Shown here: positions 55,702 through 64,000 of the stretch, in pieces
How positions within the stretch are numbered: the first letter of the stretch is position 1
How the letters are laid out: each line of letters starts with the position of its first letter
From: Gemmatimonadota bacterium
GTDB taxonomy: Bacteria; Gemmatimonadota; Gemmatimonadetes; Palauibacterales; KS3-K002
Length of the DNA stretch: 64,000 bases
Assembly: GCA_039586795.1 (NCBI GenBank)
Contig: JBDHJS010000008.1
Span: 39,157 to 103,156, forward strand
Reading direction: 5' to 3'
The notes under the pieces: model-generated
Told to the model about the DNA's origin: nothing
The model's database searches: none
What the model saw: only the letters and a program-made list of their open reading frames with translations
Made by a program: the position numbers and the translations under genes

Positions 55702-56105
55702 TAGAACTTTAGCCCTCCCTCGCGTGCGCCCTCTGCAAAGGCTCTCACGCGACCATGATAGGGATAGCCGCCGCGGTCGAAGACCACGATCTCGATCCCC
55801 TTTTCCTTCGCGCGCTCCGCTATCAGCTGGCCGGCAAGCTTGCTCATCACCCGCTTGCTCTTGTCGTCCTTCAGCCGCGCCTCTACTTCCTTGGAGCGCG
55901 TCGAGATCCCGGTGATGCAGGCACCCCGGTCATCATCCACCAGCTGTGCATCGATGTGGCGTAGCGAGCGTCTGACAACAAGCCGCGGACGATCGCCAGT
56001 GCCACGGATCTTCTTCAAAACACGAGCGTGCCGGCGCCGGCGTGCAACCCAGCGACGGTCCGCTTTCCCTTTAGGCTTCTTGCGCCTGAGCTGTAATGTC
56101 GACAT
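55701..56105 (-). CDS. rplR: 50S ribosomal protein L18
   Basis: [36 protein letters not shown]. Confidence 0.98.
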   Translation of the reverse strand: MSTLQLRRKKPKGKADRRWVARRRRHARVLKKIRGTGDRPRLVVRRSLRHIDAQLVDDDRGACITGISTRSKEVEARLKDDKSKRVMSKLAGQLIAERAKEKGIEIVVFDRGGYPYHGRVRAFAEGAREGGLKF

Positions 56106-56641
56106 CAGATGGCCGTCTTGCCCGCCTTACGACGGACCTGTTCACCTTGGTACCTGATCCCTTTGCCCTTGTAGGGCTCCGGTGGCCGGAAAGCGCGGAT
56201 CTCAGCCGCAGCCTGTCCGACCTTCTCCTTGTCCGTTCCCGAGACCGACACTAGCGTCGGTGATTCGGCTGCCAAGCTGACTCCCTCCGGTGGATCGTAG
56301 ACGATCGGGTGAGAGTAGCCCACGTGGAAGCGGAGCGCCTTGCCCGCTGCCTCGGCGCGGTAGCCCACGCCGACGATCTCCAGCTTCCTCTCGAATCCTT
56401 CGGTCACGCCCCTGACCATGTTGGCCAACAGAGCGCCAGTAAGACCGTGGAGGGAGCGATGGTCGCGTCTGTCACTGGGACGGTTCACGCGCAGCTCGCC
56501 GTCATCGAGAATGATCTCCATTGACGGATGAAACTCGCGCCGCAACTCGCCCTTGGGGCCTTTCACCGCTACCCGTGACCCTTCCACTGTCACGGTGACC
56601 CCGCTGGGGACCTTTATGATCTGCCTGCCTATCCGAGACAT
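56105..56641 (-). CDS. rplF: 50S ribosomal protein L6
   Basis: [31 protein letters not shown]. Confidence 0.99.
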   Translation of the reverse strand: MSRIGRQIIKVPSGVTVTVEGSRVAVKGPKGELRREFHPSMEIILDDGELRVNRPSDRRDHRSLHGLTGALLANMVRGVTEGFERKLEIVGVGYRAEAAGKALRFHVGYSHPIVYDPPEGVSLAAESPTLVSVSGTDKEKVGQAAAEIRAFRPPEPYKGKGIRYQGEQVRRKAGKTAI

Positions 56642-56659
56642 GGTTCTTCGCTCTCCGCC

Positions 56660-57058
56660 CTAATTCACGATGGCGAGAAGCTCGCCACCTACGCCGGCGG
56701 CCCGCGCCTCCTTGTCCGTGAGAACGCCTCGGCTGGTCGAGAGAATCGCCAGGCCCAAGCCACCGCGCACCTTCGGGATTTCTGCCTTGCCGACATAGTT
56801 ACGGCGGCCGGGGCGCGAAACTCTGCGCAGCTCTCTAATGACGGGCTTTCCATCCGGCGTGTACTTGAGGTACAGCCTCAGATATGGCCTGTCGCTCTCG
56901 TCGATCACCTTGACGCTCTCGATGAAGTGAGACTCCTGCAGCTTTCGCGCGAGCTCGACCTTCATCTTGGAGAGCGGCACATCGACGCGGCGGTGCCCCG
57001 CGTTCAACGCATTTCGAACGCGTGTGAGCATGTCCGCAATCGGGTCAGTCATTGTCAT
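56660..57058 (-). CDS. rpsH: 30S ribosomal protein S8
   Basis: DPIADMLTR.RN, SRPGRR.Y, GLG.AILSTS.G. Confidence 0.99.
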   Translation of the reverse strand: MTMTDPIADMLTRVRNALNAGHRRVDVPLSKMKVELARKLQESHFIESVKVIDESDRPYLRLYLKYTPDGKPVIRELRRVSRPGRRNYVGKAEIPKVRGGLGLAILSTSRGVLTDKEARAAGVGGELLAIVN

Positions 57059-57081
57059 CGTTTGTCACCCAATACTTCCGT

Positions 57082-57267
57082 TTACCAGCTGGCCTTCCGA
57101 ACGCCCGGCAGCTCGCCATTGAGCGCCATGTTGCGGAAGCAGATTCGGCACAGGCCGAACTTGCGCAGGAACGCCCGGGCACGACCGCATCTACGGCAGC
57201 GATTGTATCTCCGGACGCCGAACTTGTTCTTCTTCTGTTGCTTCTCGATCAGAGCCTTTCGAGCCAT
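57082..57267 (-). CDS. rpsN: 30S ribosomal protein S14 (zinc type)
   Basis: RC.RCGR.R...RKFGLCR.CFR, LPGV.KASW. Confidence 0.98.
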   Translation of the reverse strand: MARKALIEKQQKKNKFGVRRYNRCRRCGRARAFLRKFGLCRICFRNMALNGELPGVRKASW

Positions 57268-57289
57268 GGCCTTACCGTTCTACCTGTTC

Positions 57290-57853
57290 TTATTGGACGA
57301 TTACCGGCTCCATACCGCGGAATGGCATTCCCATCGCGCGCAGCAGAGCCACAGCCTCGTCGTCTTTGTCCGTCGAAGTGACGAACGTGATATCCATGCC
57401 GTGGATCTTCTGGATCTTGTCGTAGTCGACTTCCGGGAAGATTACCTGTTCCTTGATACCCAGCGTCAGATTCCCGCGCCCATCGAACGAGCTGGTCGGC
57501 AGTCCCCGGAAGTCGCGTACTCTTGGGACCGCGACATTGATAAAGCGATCCAAGAACTCATACATGTGTGCCCCACGGAGCGTCACACTGGCGCCGACCG
57601 GCATGCCCTGGCGCAACTGAAAGTTCGAGATCGCTTTCCTGGCCCGGTTGACGATCGGCCGCTGGCCCGTAATAGCGCCCAGCGCCTCGACCACCGAGTC
57701 GAGCATCTTTGGCTCTTTCGACGCGTCGCCGACACCAACGTTGAGCACGATCTTCTCGAGCCGGGGGATCTGGTGGACGTTCCCGAGACCCAGCTCACTA
57801 GTGAGCTTGGCTCGGACCGTGCCTTCGTAATGTTCCTGCAGTCTCGGTTTCAT
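57290..57853 (-). CDS. rplE: 50S ribosomal protein L5
   Basis: P.LEKIVLN.GVG, ITGQ.P, PRVRDFRG, FDGRGN. Confidence 0.99.
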   Translation of the reverse strand: MKPRLQEHYEGTVRAKLTSELGLGNVHQIPRLEKIVLNVGVGDASKEPKMLDSVVEALGAITGQRPIVNRARKAISNFQLRQGMPVGASVTLRGAHMYEFLDRFINVAVPRVRDFRGLPTSSFDGRGNLTLGIKEQVIFPEVDYDKIQKIHGMDITFVTSTDKDDEAVALLRAMGMPFRGMEPVIVQ

Positions 57854-57873
57854 CTTTCTCGCGACTCTCTACT

Positions 57874-58200
57874 TTACTTCACGTCTGGAACAGGGATCGG
57901 CGTATCGCAGCGAACGCACAGCCGCTCCAACGTGCCGTCCTGATCGTGTCGCTTGCGAACTCGCGACGGTGTCTTGCAGTGAGGGCAGACAAGCATGACG
58001 TTCGACGCGTCGATCGGCGCCTCGAACGTGACGATCCCGCCCTCCGGATTCGCCTGGGACGGACGCTGGTGCCGAGTGCGCATGTTGATTCCCTCGATCA
58101 CCACATGGTTCTTCTTGGGGATCACGCGCAGAATTCGACCCTCCGACCCTTTGTAGTTGCCGGTTACGACCGCAACCTGATCACCTCTACGGATATGCAT
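57874..58200 (-). CDS. rplX: 50S ribosomal protein L24
   Basis: I..GD.V.V..G..KG..G KOW motif, GGIV..EAPI..SNVM. Confidence 0.97.
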   Translation of the reverse strand: MHIRRGDQVAVVTGNYKGSEGRILRVIPKKNHVVIEGINMRTRHQRPSQANPEGGIVTFEAPIDASNVMLVCPHCKTPSRVRKRHDQDGTLERLCVRCDTPIPVPDVK

Positions 58201-58211
58201 ATCAGTCCGCC

Positions 58212-58580
58212 CTAGACTACTTCAGGTGCGAGGGAGACGATCTTCATGAATCGCTTGTCCCTCAACTCACGACCCACGGGCCCGAAAATACGGGTCGCCC
58301 GGGGCTCACCCTGGTCATTGATCAATACCGCCGCGTTGTCGTCGAACCGTATATAGGAGCCATCCCTGCGGCGCTGCTCGCGGGCGGTTCTCACGACGAC
58401 CGCTTTGGTCACTTCACCTTTCTTCACCGTACTGGTCGGAAGCGCGTCCTTGATGGTGACGACGATGATGTCGCCCATCCGGGCGTATCGCCGTTTGCTG
58501 CCACCCAATACGCGAATGCACAGCGCCTCCTTGGCGCCCGAGTTGTCGGCGATCCGAACTCTTGTCTCCTGCTGAATCAT
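58212..58580 (-). CDS. rplN: 50S ribosomal protein L14
   Basis: MIQQET...[26 protein letters not shown]. Confidence 0.99.
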   Translation of the reverse strand: MIQQETRVRIADNSGAKEALCIRVLGGSKRRYARMGDIIVVTIKDALPTSTVKKGEVTKAVVVRTAREQRRRDGSYIRFDDNAAVLINDQGEPRATRIFGPVGRELRDKRFMKIVSLAPEVV

Positions 58581-58620
58581 GATCTCAACGGACTCTATCT
58601 GTATGGTGGTCGGGCAACCT

Positions 58621-58875
58621 CTAGTCTGCCTTCCGCACCACTTCCACAAGGCGCCACCGCTTCTTAGCGGACAGCGGTCGGGTTTCGGCGATCGTCACCA
58701 CGTCGCCGGTGCTCGCTTTGTTATCCTCGTCGTGAGCGTAGTACTTCTTGTGACGGGTAACCTGTTTCCCATAAAGCGGGTGGGCATACCGTCGCTCGAC
58801 ACTCACAACGATGGTCTTGTCCATGCGGTCGCTAACGACCGAACCGGTTCGGGTCTTACGCTGACCTCGAGACAT
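58621..58875 (-). CDS. rpsQ: 30S ribosomal protein S17
   Basis: G.VVSD.MDKTIVV, HPLYGK, AHDE.N, ETRPLS..KRWRL. Confidence 0.99.
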   Translation of the reverse strand: MSRGQRKTRTGSVVSDRMDKTIVVSVERRYAHPLYGKQVTRHKKYYAHDEDNKASTGDVVTIAETRPLSAKKRWRLVEVVRKAD

Positions 58876-58881
58876 GCGCTG

Positions 58882-59091
58882 CTAGCTCTCCTTCGCTTCA
58901 CGAGCAGCAACTCGCTCGCTTTGTATAGTCAACAACCTGGCGATATCGCGTCGCACCTGTCGCACCATGCTGGAGTCTTCCAGCTCTTCGTAGGCGCCCT
59001 TCATGCGCATGTCGAACAGCTTGTCCTTCAGCTCTTCGATCGTGCGCGCGATGTCGGCATCGCCCATCTCTCTTATCTCTTCCGGCCGCAT
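58882..59091 (-). CDS. rpmC: 50S ribosomal protein L29
   Basis: [15 protein letters not shown]; synteny. Confidence 0.95.
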   Translation of the reverse strand: MRPEEIREMGDADIARTIEELKDKLFDMRMKGAYEELEDSSMVRQVRRDIARLLTIQSERVAAREAKES

Positions 59092-59510
59092 CAGAGACCT
59101 CCGCTCTCGCGACTTATGAAGCGCGTTCTGACCGGCAGTTTTGCCGCTGCAAGCTCCATCGCCCGGCGTGCAATGTCTTCCGCCACGCCCTCCAGCTCGA
59201 ACATCACCCGCCCGGGCTTCACAACGGCAACCCAGGCCTCCGGCGTGCCCTTACCCTTGCCCATACGGGTCTCGGCAGGCTTCTTGGTGATCGGCTTGTC
59301 GGGAAAGATCCGAATGAAGACCTTGCCGCCACGCTTGATGTGCCGGGTCATCGCGACACGAGCCGCTTCGATCTGACGCGACGTGATCCAGGCGCGGTCC
59401 AGCGTCTGGAGTCCATACTGACCGAACGCCACCGAATTGCCACGGTTGGCCCGGCCTCGTATGCGACCCTTCTGCTGTTTGCGCCACTTGATTCGCTTTG
59501 GAGCCAGCAT
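59091..59510 (-). CDS. rplP: 50S ribosomal protein L16
   Basis: [27 protein letters not shown]. Confidence 0.99.
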   Translation of the reverse strand: MLAPKRIKWRKQQKGRIRGRANRGNSVAFGQYGLQTLDRAWITSRQIEAARVAMTRHIKRGGKVFIRIFPDKPITKKPAETRMGKGKGTPEAWVAVVKPGRVMFELEGVAEDIARRAMELAAAKLPVRTRFISRESGGL

Positions 59511-59528
59511 GTTGCCTATTCCTTGACT

Positions 59529-60200
59529 CTATTGCTGCCCACGGCCGCCGGCCGTGTATGTCTGTCCCTTGCGCTCTTCAACGACCTCGCCCTTGAAGAC
59601 CCACACTTTTACTCCGATAGGACCGAACGTCGTCTTCGCCGTGGACTGAGCATAATCCACATCGGCCCGCAACGTATGGAGCGGGACGCGTCCCTCGTGA
59701 TAGCCCTCGGTCCGGGCGATCTCGGCGCCGCCCAGTCTTCCGCTGCACTGGATCTTGATGCCGTCGGCACCCATCCGCATCGCCTGCTGCACGGCACGCT
59801 TCATGGCGCGGCGGAACGCGATCCGCTGCACCAACTGAAAGGCGACGTTGTCGGCGATCAGCTGCGCTTCTATCTCCGGCCGCTTGATCTCCTCCACATT
59901 GATCGCGACTTCTGCGCTCGTGAGCACTGCCAACTCATCGCGCAACTTGTCGACTTCGGCGCCGCGCTTGCCGATCACGACACCAGGGCGACCCGTATTG
60001 ACCGTGACGACGATCTTGCCCGGCTTGCGCTCGATTTCCACGCAAGAGATAGCGGCGTGGCCAAGGCGCGCCTTCAGATAGTTACGGATCTTCTCATCCT
60101 GCTCGATAAGGTCCGCCAGGTTACCCTCGGCGTACCAGCGCGATTTCCACGGCTTTACGATTCCGAGCCGGAATCCGAGAGGGTGCGTTTTCTGACCCAT
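59529..60200 (-). CDS. rpsC: 30S ribosomal protein S3
   Basis: [40 protein letters not shown]. Confidence 0.99.
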   Translation of the reverse strand: MGQKTHPLGFRLGIVKPWKSRWYAEGNLADLIEQDEKIRNYLKARLGHAAISCVEIERKPGKIVVTVNTGRPGVVIGKRGAEVDKLRDELAVLTSAEVAINVEEIKRPEIEAQLIADNVAFQLVQRIAFRRAMKRAVQQAMRMGADGIKIQCSGRLGGAEIARTEGYHEGRVPLHTLRADVDYAQSTAKTTFGPIGVKVWVFKGEVVEERKGQTYTAGGRGQQ

Positions 60201-60201
60201 G

Positions 60202-60558
60202 CTACTCCTTCCGATCCACGATCACAGTGACGTGGCTGGTGCGCTTGCGAATCGGGCTCGCCCGACCCATGGCGCGGGCTCGCCACCGTCTGTACGTGGG
60301 GCCCTCGTCAACGAACGCGCGCTTGACGTACAGATCGTCAACATCTACGCGATCGCCCTGATCTTCAGCCTTGTAGAGTGCGTTCGCCACGGCCGATCGC
60401 AGCGTCTTCTCGAAGCTTCTGGCGGCCTTCTTGTTGTTGAACTGCAGAATGGCGTACGCCTCGTTCACGCTCTCACCGCGGATAAGGTCCGCCACCAGCC
60501 GCATCTTTCGCGGCGACTGCCGAACAAACCGCGCAATAGCCTTCGCTTCCATCCTCAT
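60202..60558 (-). CDS. rplV: 50S ribosomal protein L22
   Basis: [29 protein letters not shown]. Confidence 0.99.
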   Translation of the reverse strand: MRMEAKAIARFVRQSPRKMRLVADLIRGESVNEAYAILQFNNKKAARSFEKTLRSAVANALYKAEDQGDRVDVDDLYVKRAFVDEGPTYRRWRARAMGRASPIRKRTSHVTVIVDRKE

Positions 60559-60842
60559 CCAACCTTGGCCCGTTTGTCGGCGAGCTTGCCGCTGTGCCCG
60601 CGGAACAATCGCGTAGGAGCGAACTCGCCCAACTTGTGGCCCACCATGTTCTCGGTGACGTATACCGGTATGAACTTGTTACCGTTGTGGACCGCTAACG
60701 TGTGGCCAACGAACTCCGGCGTTATGGTCGAGCGACGCGACCAGGTCTTGACGACCTGTTTCTCACCGCTCTCGTTCATCACGGCGATCTTCTTCATTAG
60801 ATGATCGTCGACGAACGGACCTTTCTTGACGCTTCTCGCCAT
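60555..60842 (-). CDS. rpsS: 30S ribosomal protein S19
   Basis: [28 protein letters not shown]. Confidence 0.99.
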   Translation of the reverse strand: MARSVKKGPFVDDHLMKKIAVMNESGEKQVVKTWSRRSTITPEFVGHTLAVHNGNKFIPVYVTENMVGHKLGEFAPTRLFRGHSGKLADKRAKVG

Positions 60843-60883
60843 GACCTCTCCGGCTGCTTGCCGTTTACCCTATAACGGCGGCC

Positions 60884-61723
60884 CTACTGGGTCGCCTTAC
60901 CGCGACGCCTACGGCGCACGATCAACTTGTTCGACTTCTTGTGCGGGTCACGCGTCTTGCGGCCCTCGGGCTTGCCCCAAGGACTGACCGGCGGCCTACC
61001 GCCCGACGCCTTGCCTTCACCGCCGCCCAGCGGGTGGTCCACCGGGTTCATCGCAACGCCACGCACTTTGGGGCGACGGCCGGCCCACCGGCTTCGCCCC
61101 GCCTTGCCCCACGACACGTTCTCGTGGTCCACGTTGCCGACCTGACCGATGGTCGCCATACAAACCGCCATAACCTGGCGCACTTCAGTGGACGGCAGCT
61201 TCAACGTGACGTACTTGCCTTCTTTCGCGACCACCTGAGCCGCACCGCCCGCCGAACGAACGATCTTGCCACCGCGGCCGGGCTCGAGCTCGATATTGTG
61301 AACCGAGGTGCCCAGCGGAATCTCTTTGAGCGGAATGGCGTTCCCCAACCGGATATCGCTGCCGGACCCGGCCGAGACCGTATCGCCCACATTCAGGCCG
61401 CGGGGGTGAAGGATGTACCGCTTCTCGCCATCCGCGTAGTGGATGAGCGCGATGTTCGCTGAACGGTTGGGATCGTACTCCACCGCAGCGACCTTCCCCG
61501 GCACGCCGTGCTTGTCCCGCTTGAAGTCGATCTTCCGGTAACGCCGCTTGTGACCGCCGCCGCGCCTCCGCGAAGTGATATGGCCGTGATGGTTCCGACC
61601 ACCCGACTTCTTCAAGGGCTCGAGCAGCGACTTCTCAGGCTTGGAGCGCGTGATCTCCTCGCCGCTTACGATCGATCGGAAGCGCGTGCCCGGCGTCGTT
61701 GGTTTGAACTTCTTTATTGCCAT
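60884..61723 (-). CDS. rplB: 50S ribosomal protein L2
   Basis: [35 protein letters not shown]. Confidence 0.99.
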   Translation of the reverse strand: MAIKKFKPTTPGTRFRSIVSGEEITRSKPEKSLLEPLKKSGGRNHHGHITSRRRGGGHKRRYRKIDFKRDKHGVPGKVAAVEYDPNRSANIALIHYADGEKRYILHPRGLNVGDTVSAGSGSDIRLGNAIPLKEIPLGTSVHNIELEPGRGGKIVRSAGGAAQVVAKEGKYVTLKLPSTEVRQVMAVCMATIGQVGNVDHENVSWGKAGRSRWAGRRPKVRGVAMNPVDHPLGGGEGKASGGRPPVSPWGKPEGRKTRDPHKKSNKLIVRRRRRGKATQ

Positions 61724-61726
61724 CTC

Positions 61727-62017
61727 TTAGAGCCCTTCGAAGACCTCTATCGTTTCACCCTCAGCGAGCTTGATCATCGCCTTCTTCCAATTGGGGCGCT
61801 TGCCGACGTGTACTCCTCGTCGGCGCCATTTGCCCCGCTGCTGCGCCGTGCGAACCTGCAGGACCTTCACGTTGAACAGGCGCTCTACCGCGCTCTTGAT
61901 CTCGTGCTTGTTCGCGTCCTTCACCACTTCGAAGGTGTACTGATTCTCTTCGGCCTGGTTCGCCGTCGTCTTCTCCGTGATGATCGGGCGTATTATGATG
62001 TCTCGCGGATCACGCAT
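61727..62017 (-). CDS. rplW: 50S ribosomal protein L23
   Basis: P.ITEKT, Y.F.V...ANK.EIK.AVE.LF.V.V, WKKA. Confidence 0.98.
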   Translation of the reverse strand: MRDPRDIIIRPIITEKTTANQAEENQYTFEVVKDANKHEIKSAVERLFNVKVLQVRTAQQRGKWRRRGVHVGKRPNWKKAMIKLAEGETIEVFEGL

Positions 62018-62681
62018 CGCTTGCCTCCTCCGTGTCCGCGGCCGCCGGCTCTGCCGGCTTCGCGCCGCCTGCCAGGGCGCTCTCCTCGATCAGCACCGTG
62101 TCCGCCCACAGCACGTCGTAGACCGACTCTTGACCGTACGGCTGCACCTGAACGTTCCCCAGGTTGCGTGCCGACAGATAGACGTTGGTCTGGACGCCGT
62201 TCGTCAGGATCAGCGTCTTCCCCTCGGCAACCCCAATCTGCGACAGCAGCTTGACCAGCTGCCTCGTCTTGGGCTGCTCGAGGTCGAACTTCTCGATAAT
62301 GATGACCTGGTCATCTACCGCGCGTGCGTTGATCGCCGAATGTCGAGCCAGTCGCTTAACCTTCTTGGGCAGGTCCTGCCGATAGGAGCGCGGGGTAGGT
62401 GGAAAGATGATGCCACCTCCGCGCCAGATCGGTGAACGTGTCGTGCCCACGCGGGCCCGTCCCGTCCCTTTCTGCCGCCACGGTTTGCGACCGCCGCCTC
62501 GGACTTCTCCCCGACTCTTGGCCGACGCCGTCCCCTGCCGCCGATTGGCGAGGTGCGACTTCACCGCTTCGTACATCGAGTCTTCGTGCACGACACCATC
62601 GAACAGGTCCGCCGGCAGCGACTTCTTGCTGCCTGCTTTGCCGTCGGCTTTGAAGTATCGGGCCGTGATTTTCGCCGTCAT
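62010..62681 (-). CDS. rplD: 50S ribosomal protein L4
   Basis: RQGT..AK.R.EV.GGG.KPWRQKGTGRAR.G..RSP..RGGG. Confidence 0.99.
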   Translation of the reverse strand: MTAKITARYFKADGKAGSKKSLPADLFDGVVHEDSMYEAVKSHLANRRQGTASAKSRGEVRGGGRKPWRQKGTGRARVGTTRSPIWRGGGIIFPPTPRSYRQDLPKKVKRLARHSAINARAVDDQVIIIEKFDLEQPKTRQLVKLLSQIGVAEGKTLILTNGVQTNVYLSARNLGNVQVQPYGQESVYDVLWADTVLIEESALAGGAKPAEPAAADTEEASDA

Positions 62682-62713
62682 CGTTTTCAGCTTCTAAGTC
62701 TATTGGTGCGCTC

Positions 62714-63526
62714 TTACTGCTTTCCGACGAATACCCAGCTGTTCCGGGAACCCGGCACCGGGCCTTTCACAAAGATCAGATTGCGTTCCGCGTCGATCCG
62801 CACGACCGTCAGGTTGCGAACCGTCTTGCGCTTGCTGCCCATCTGGCCCGCCATCTTGCGGCCTTTGATCACACGCGACGGGTCGGTCCCCGGCCCAATC
62901 GAACCGGGCTGGCGGCGGACCGGGTGGCCGTGCGACTTGGGGAATCCCCTGAAGCCGTGACGTTTGATCACGCCCTGAAAACCGCGGCCGATGGTCGTAC
63001 CGGTCACCTTCACCCGCTCGCCTTCACCGAAGATTCCTACGGTGAGCAGCTGCCCGACTCGTAGCTCCTCCGGCACGCCAGCCGCCTCCGCAGTGAGGCT
63101 GGCCTCCTCCGCGGCGCCGGCATCCTCAGTTGCGCCGACATCCTCAGCCGCGGCGGCCTCGTCGCCCTGCGGAGCAGCTTCCTCAGCTTCGGCCGCCAGC
63201 TCAGCAGCCGGTTCCGTGGCGACTGCGGTCGCCGGAGTGTGCGGATCCTCCGCCAGCGCGTCATCCGGCCCGAGCCGGAACTCGCGGGTGATGGCCGGAG
63301 CGTAGTCGAGCCCGGCGCCAGCTGCGTGGCCCAACGACGGCTTCGTGCTTCGCTTTTCCTTCTTGCGCCCGAAGCCGAGCTGCACCGCGCGATAGCCATC
63401 GCGCTCGTCCGTCCGAACCAGGACTATGGGGCACGGACCCGCTTCGATCGCCGTCACCGGGACGATGGCACCATCCTCGGTGAACAGCTGGGTCATGCCG
63501 ATCTTCTTGCCTATTAGCCCGAGCAT
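62714..63526 (-). CDS. rplC: 50S ribosomal protein L3 (with acidic insertion)
   Basis: G.KIGMTQ.F, DGY.AVQ.GF, G.GFQG..KRHGF, PGSIG, V.KG.KMAG.MG. Confidence 0.98.
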   Translation of the reverse strand: MLGLIGKKIGMTQLFTEDGAIVPVTAIEAGPCPIVLVRTDERDGYRAVQLGFGRKKEKRSTKPSLGHAAGAGLDYAPAITREFRLGPDDALAEDPHTPATAVATEPAAELAAEAEEAAPQGDEAAAAEDVGATEDAGAAEEASLTAEAAGVPEELRVGQLLTVGIFGEGERVKVTGTTIGRGFQGVIKRHGFRGFPKSHGHPVRRQPGSIGPGTDPSRVIKGRKMAGQMGSKRKTVRNLTVVRIDAERNLIFVKGPVPGSRNSWVFVGKQ

Positions 63527-63555
63527 CTCAGTAATCAGTCAGCGGTAATCGGTAA

Positions 63556-63864
63556 TCAGTCGACCTTGATCTCGACGTCTACTCCAGCCGGGAGGTCGAG
63601 CTTGGTTAGGGCGTCGACCGTCTGGGGACGAGAGTCGAGGATATCGACCAGGCGCTTGTGCGTCTTCAACTCGAACTGCTCACGGGACTTCTTGTCGATG
63701 TGTGGGCTCCGCAGCACTGTCCAGCGCTGCCGTCGCGTCGGCAACGGAATCGGCCCGCGCACCGTGGCCCCGGTCTTCTGAGCGGTTCGCACGATATCCG
63801 CGGCGGTCTGGTCGATCACCGCGTGGTCGAATGCCTTCAAACGAATTCGAATGTTCCCCGACAT
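63556..63864 (-). CDS. rpsJ: 30S ribosomal protein S10
   Basis: [32 protein letters not shown]. Confidence 0.99.
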   Translation of the reverse strand: MSGNIRIRLKAFDHAVIDQTAADIVRTAQKTGATVRGPIPLPTRRQRWTVLRSPHIDKKSREQFELKTHKRLVDILDSRPQTVDALTKLDLPAGVDVEIKVD

Positions 63865-63876
63865 CTCAGTCTCCGA

Positions 63877-64000
63877 CTATTCCAGAACCTTCGTCACGAC
63901 TCCGGCGCCCACCGTCCGGCCACCCTCGCGAATGGCGAACCGCAGACCCTCTTCCATCGCGATCGGCGTGATCAGCGTGATCGTCATCGTCACGTTGTCT
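63877..64000 (-). CDS. tuf: elongation factor Tu, 3' end (truncated by the window edge)
   Basis: manual translation [43 protein letters not shown]. Confidence 0.97.
   Translation of the reverse strand, partial: DNVTMTITLITPIAMEEGLRFAIREGGRTVGAGVVTKVLE

Overview
Core-genome segment of a high-GC diderm bacterium, most likely Gemmatimonadota (inferred from the divergent RpoA signature and gene order, not from a database search). About 75 genes are present and all but one lie on the minus strand. From the right end: the 3' end of tuf, then the complete S10-spc-alpha ribosomal superoperon (rpsJ to rplQ, including a rpmJ missed by the ORF track), a membrane-anchored hypothetical gene and rpmB. Next come one lone plus-strand hypothetical gene and hemD-hemB, running into a nucleotide-sugar cluster (UDP-GlcNAc dehydrogenase, gmd, rmd-like reductase, NTP_transf_5-like protein, ugd, UDP-GlcA decarboxylase, polyprenol-P GT2) followed by TPR-TPR-bamD-nadD-secA. 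Then radC, rel, EVE, an effector-less STAND ATPase-TPR, uvrB, tsaE-tsaB-rimI, ssb, a TsaP-like LysM protein, ccsA-hemA-epimerase-tolQRAB-pal-cpoB, nrdR-tatC-lptD, hutU-hutI, a large acidic TPR protein and a polyprenyl synthase. I found no mobile element, CRISPR array, tRNA or rRNA. The most interesting hypothesis is a general protein O-glycosylation system: several exported proteins are enriched in the Bacteroidota-type sequon D-[ST]-[AILVMT], and a Wzx/Wzy-less sugar-donor cluster sits beside bamD/secA. Other oddities are a clamp-binding-like motif on NrdR, an extra N-terminal TM helix on TatC, a Cys4 insert in SecA, a ~65-aa acidic insert in L3 and probable near-leaderless starts. All product calls rest on motif recognition only.
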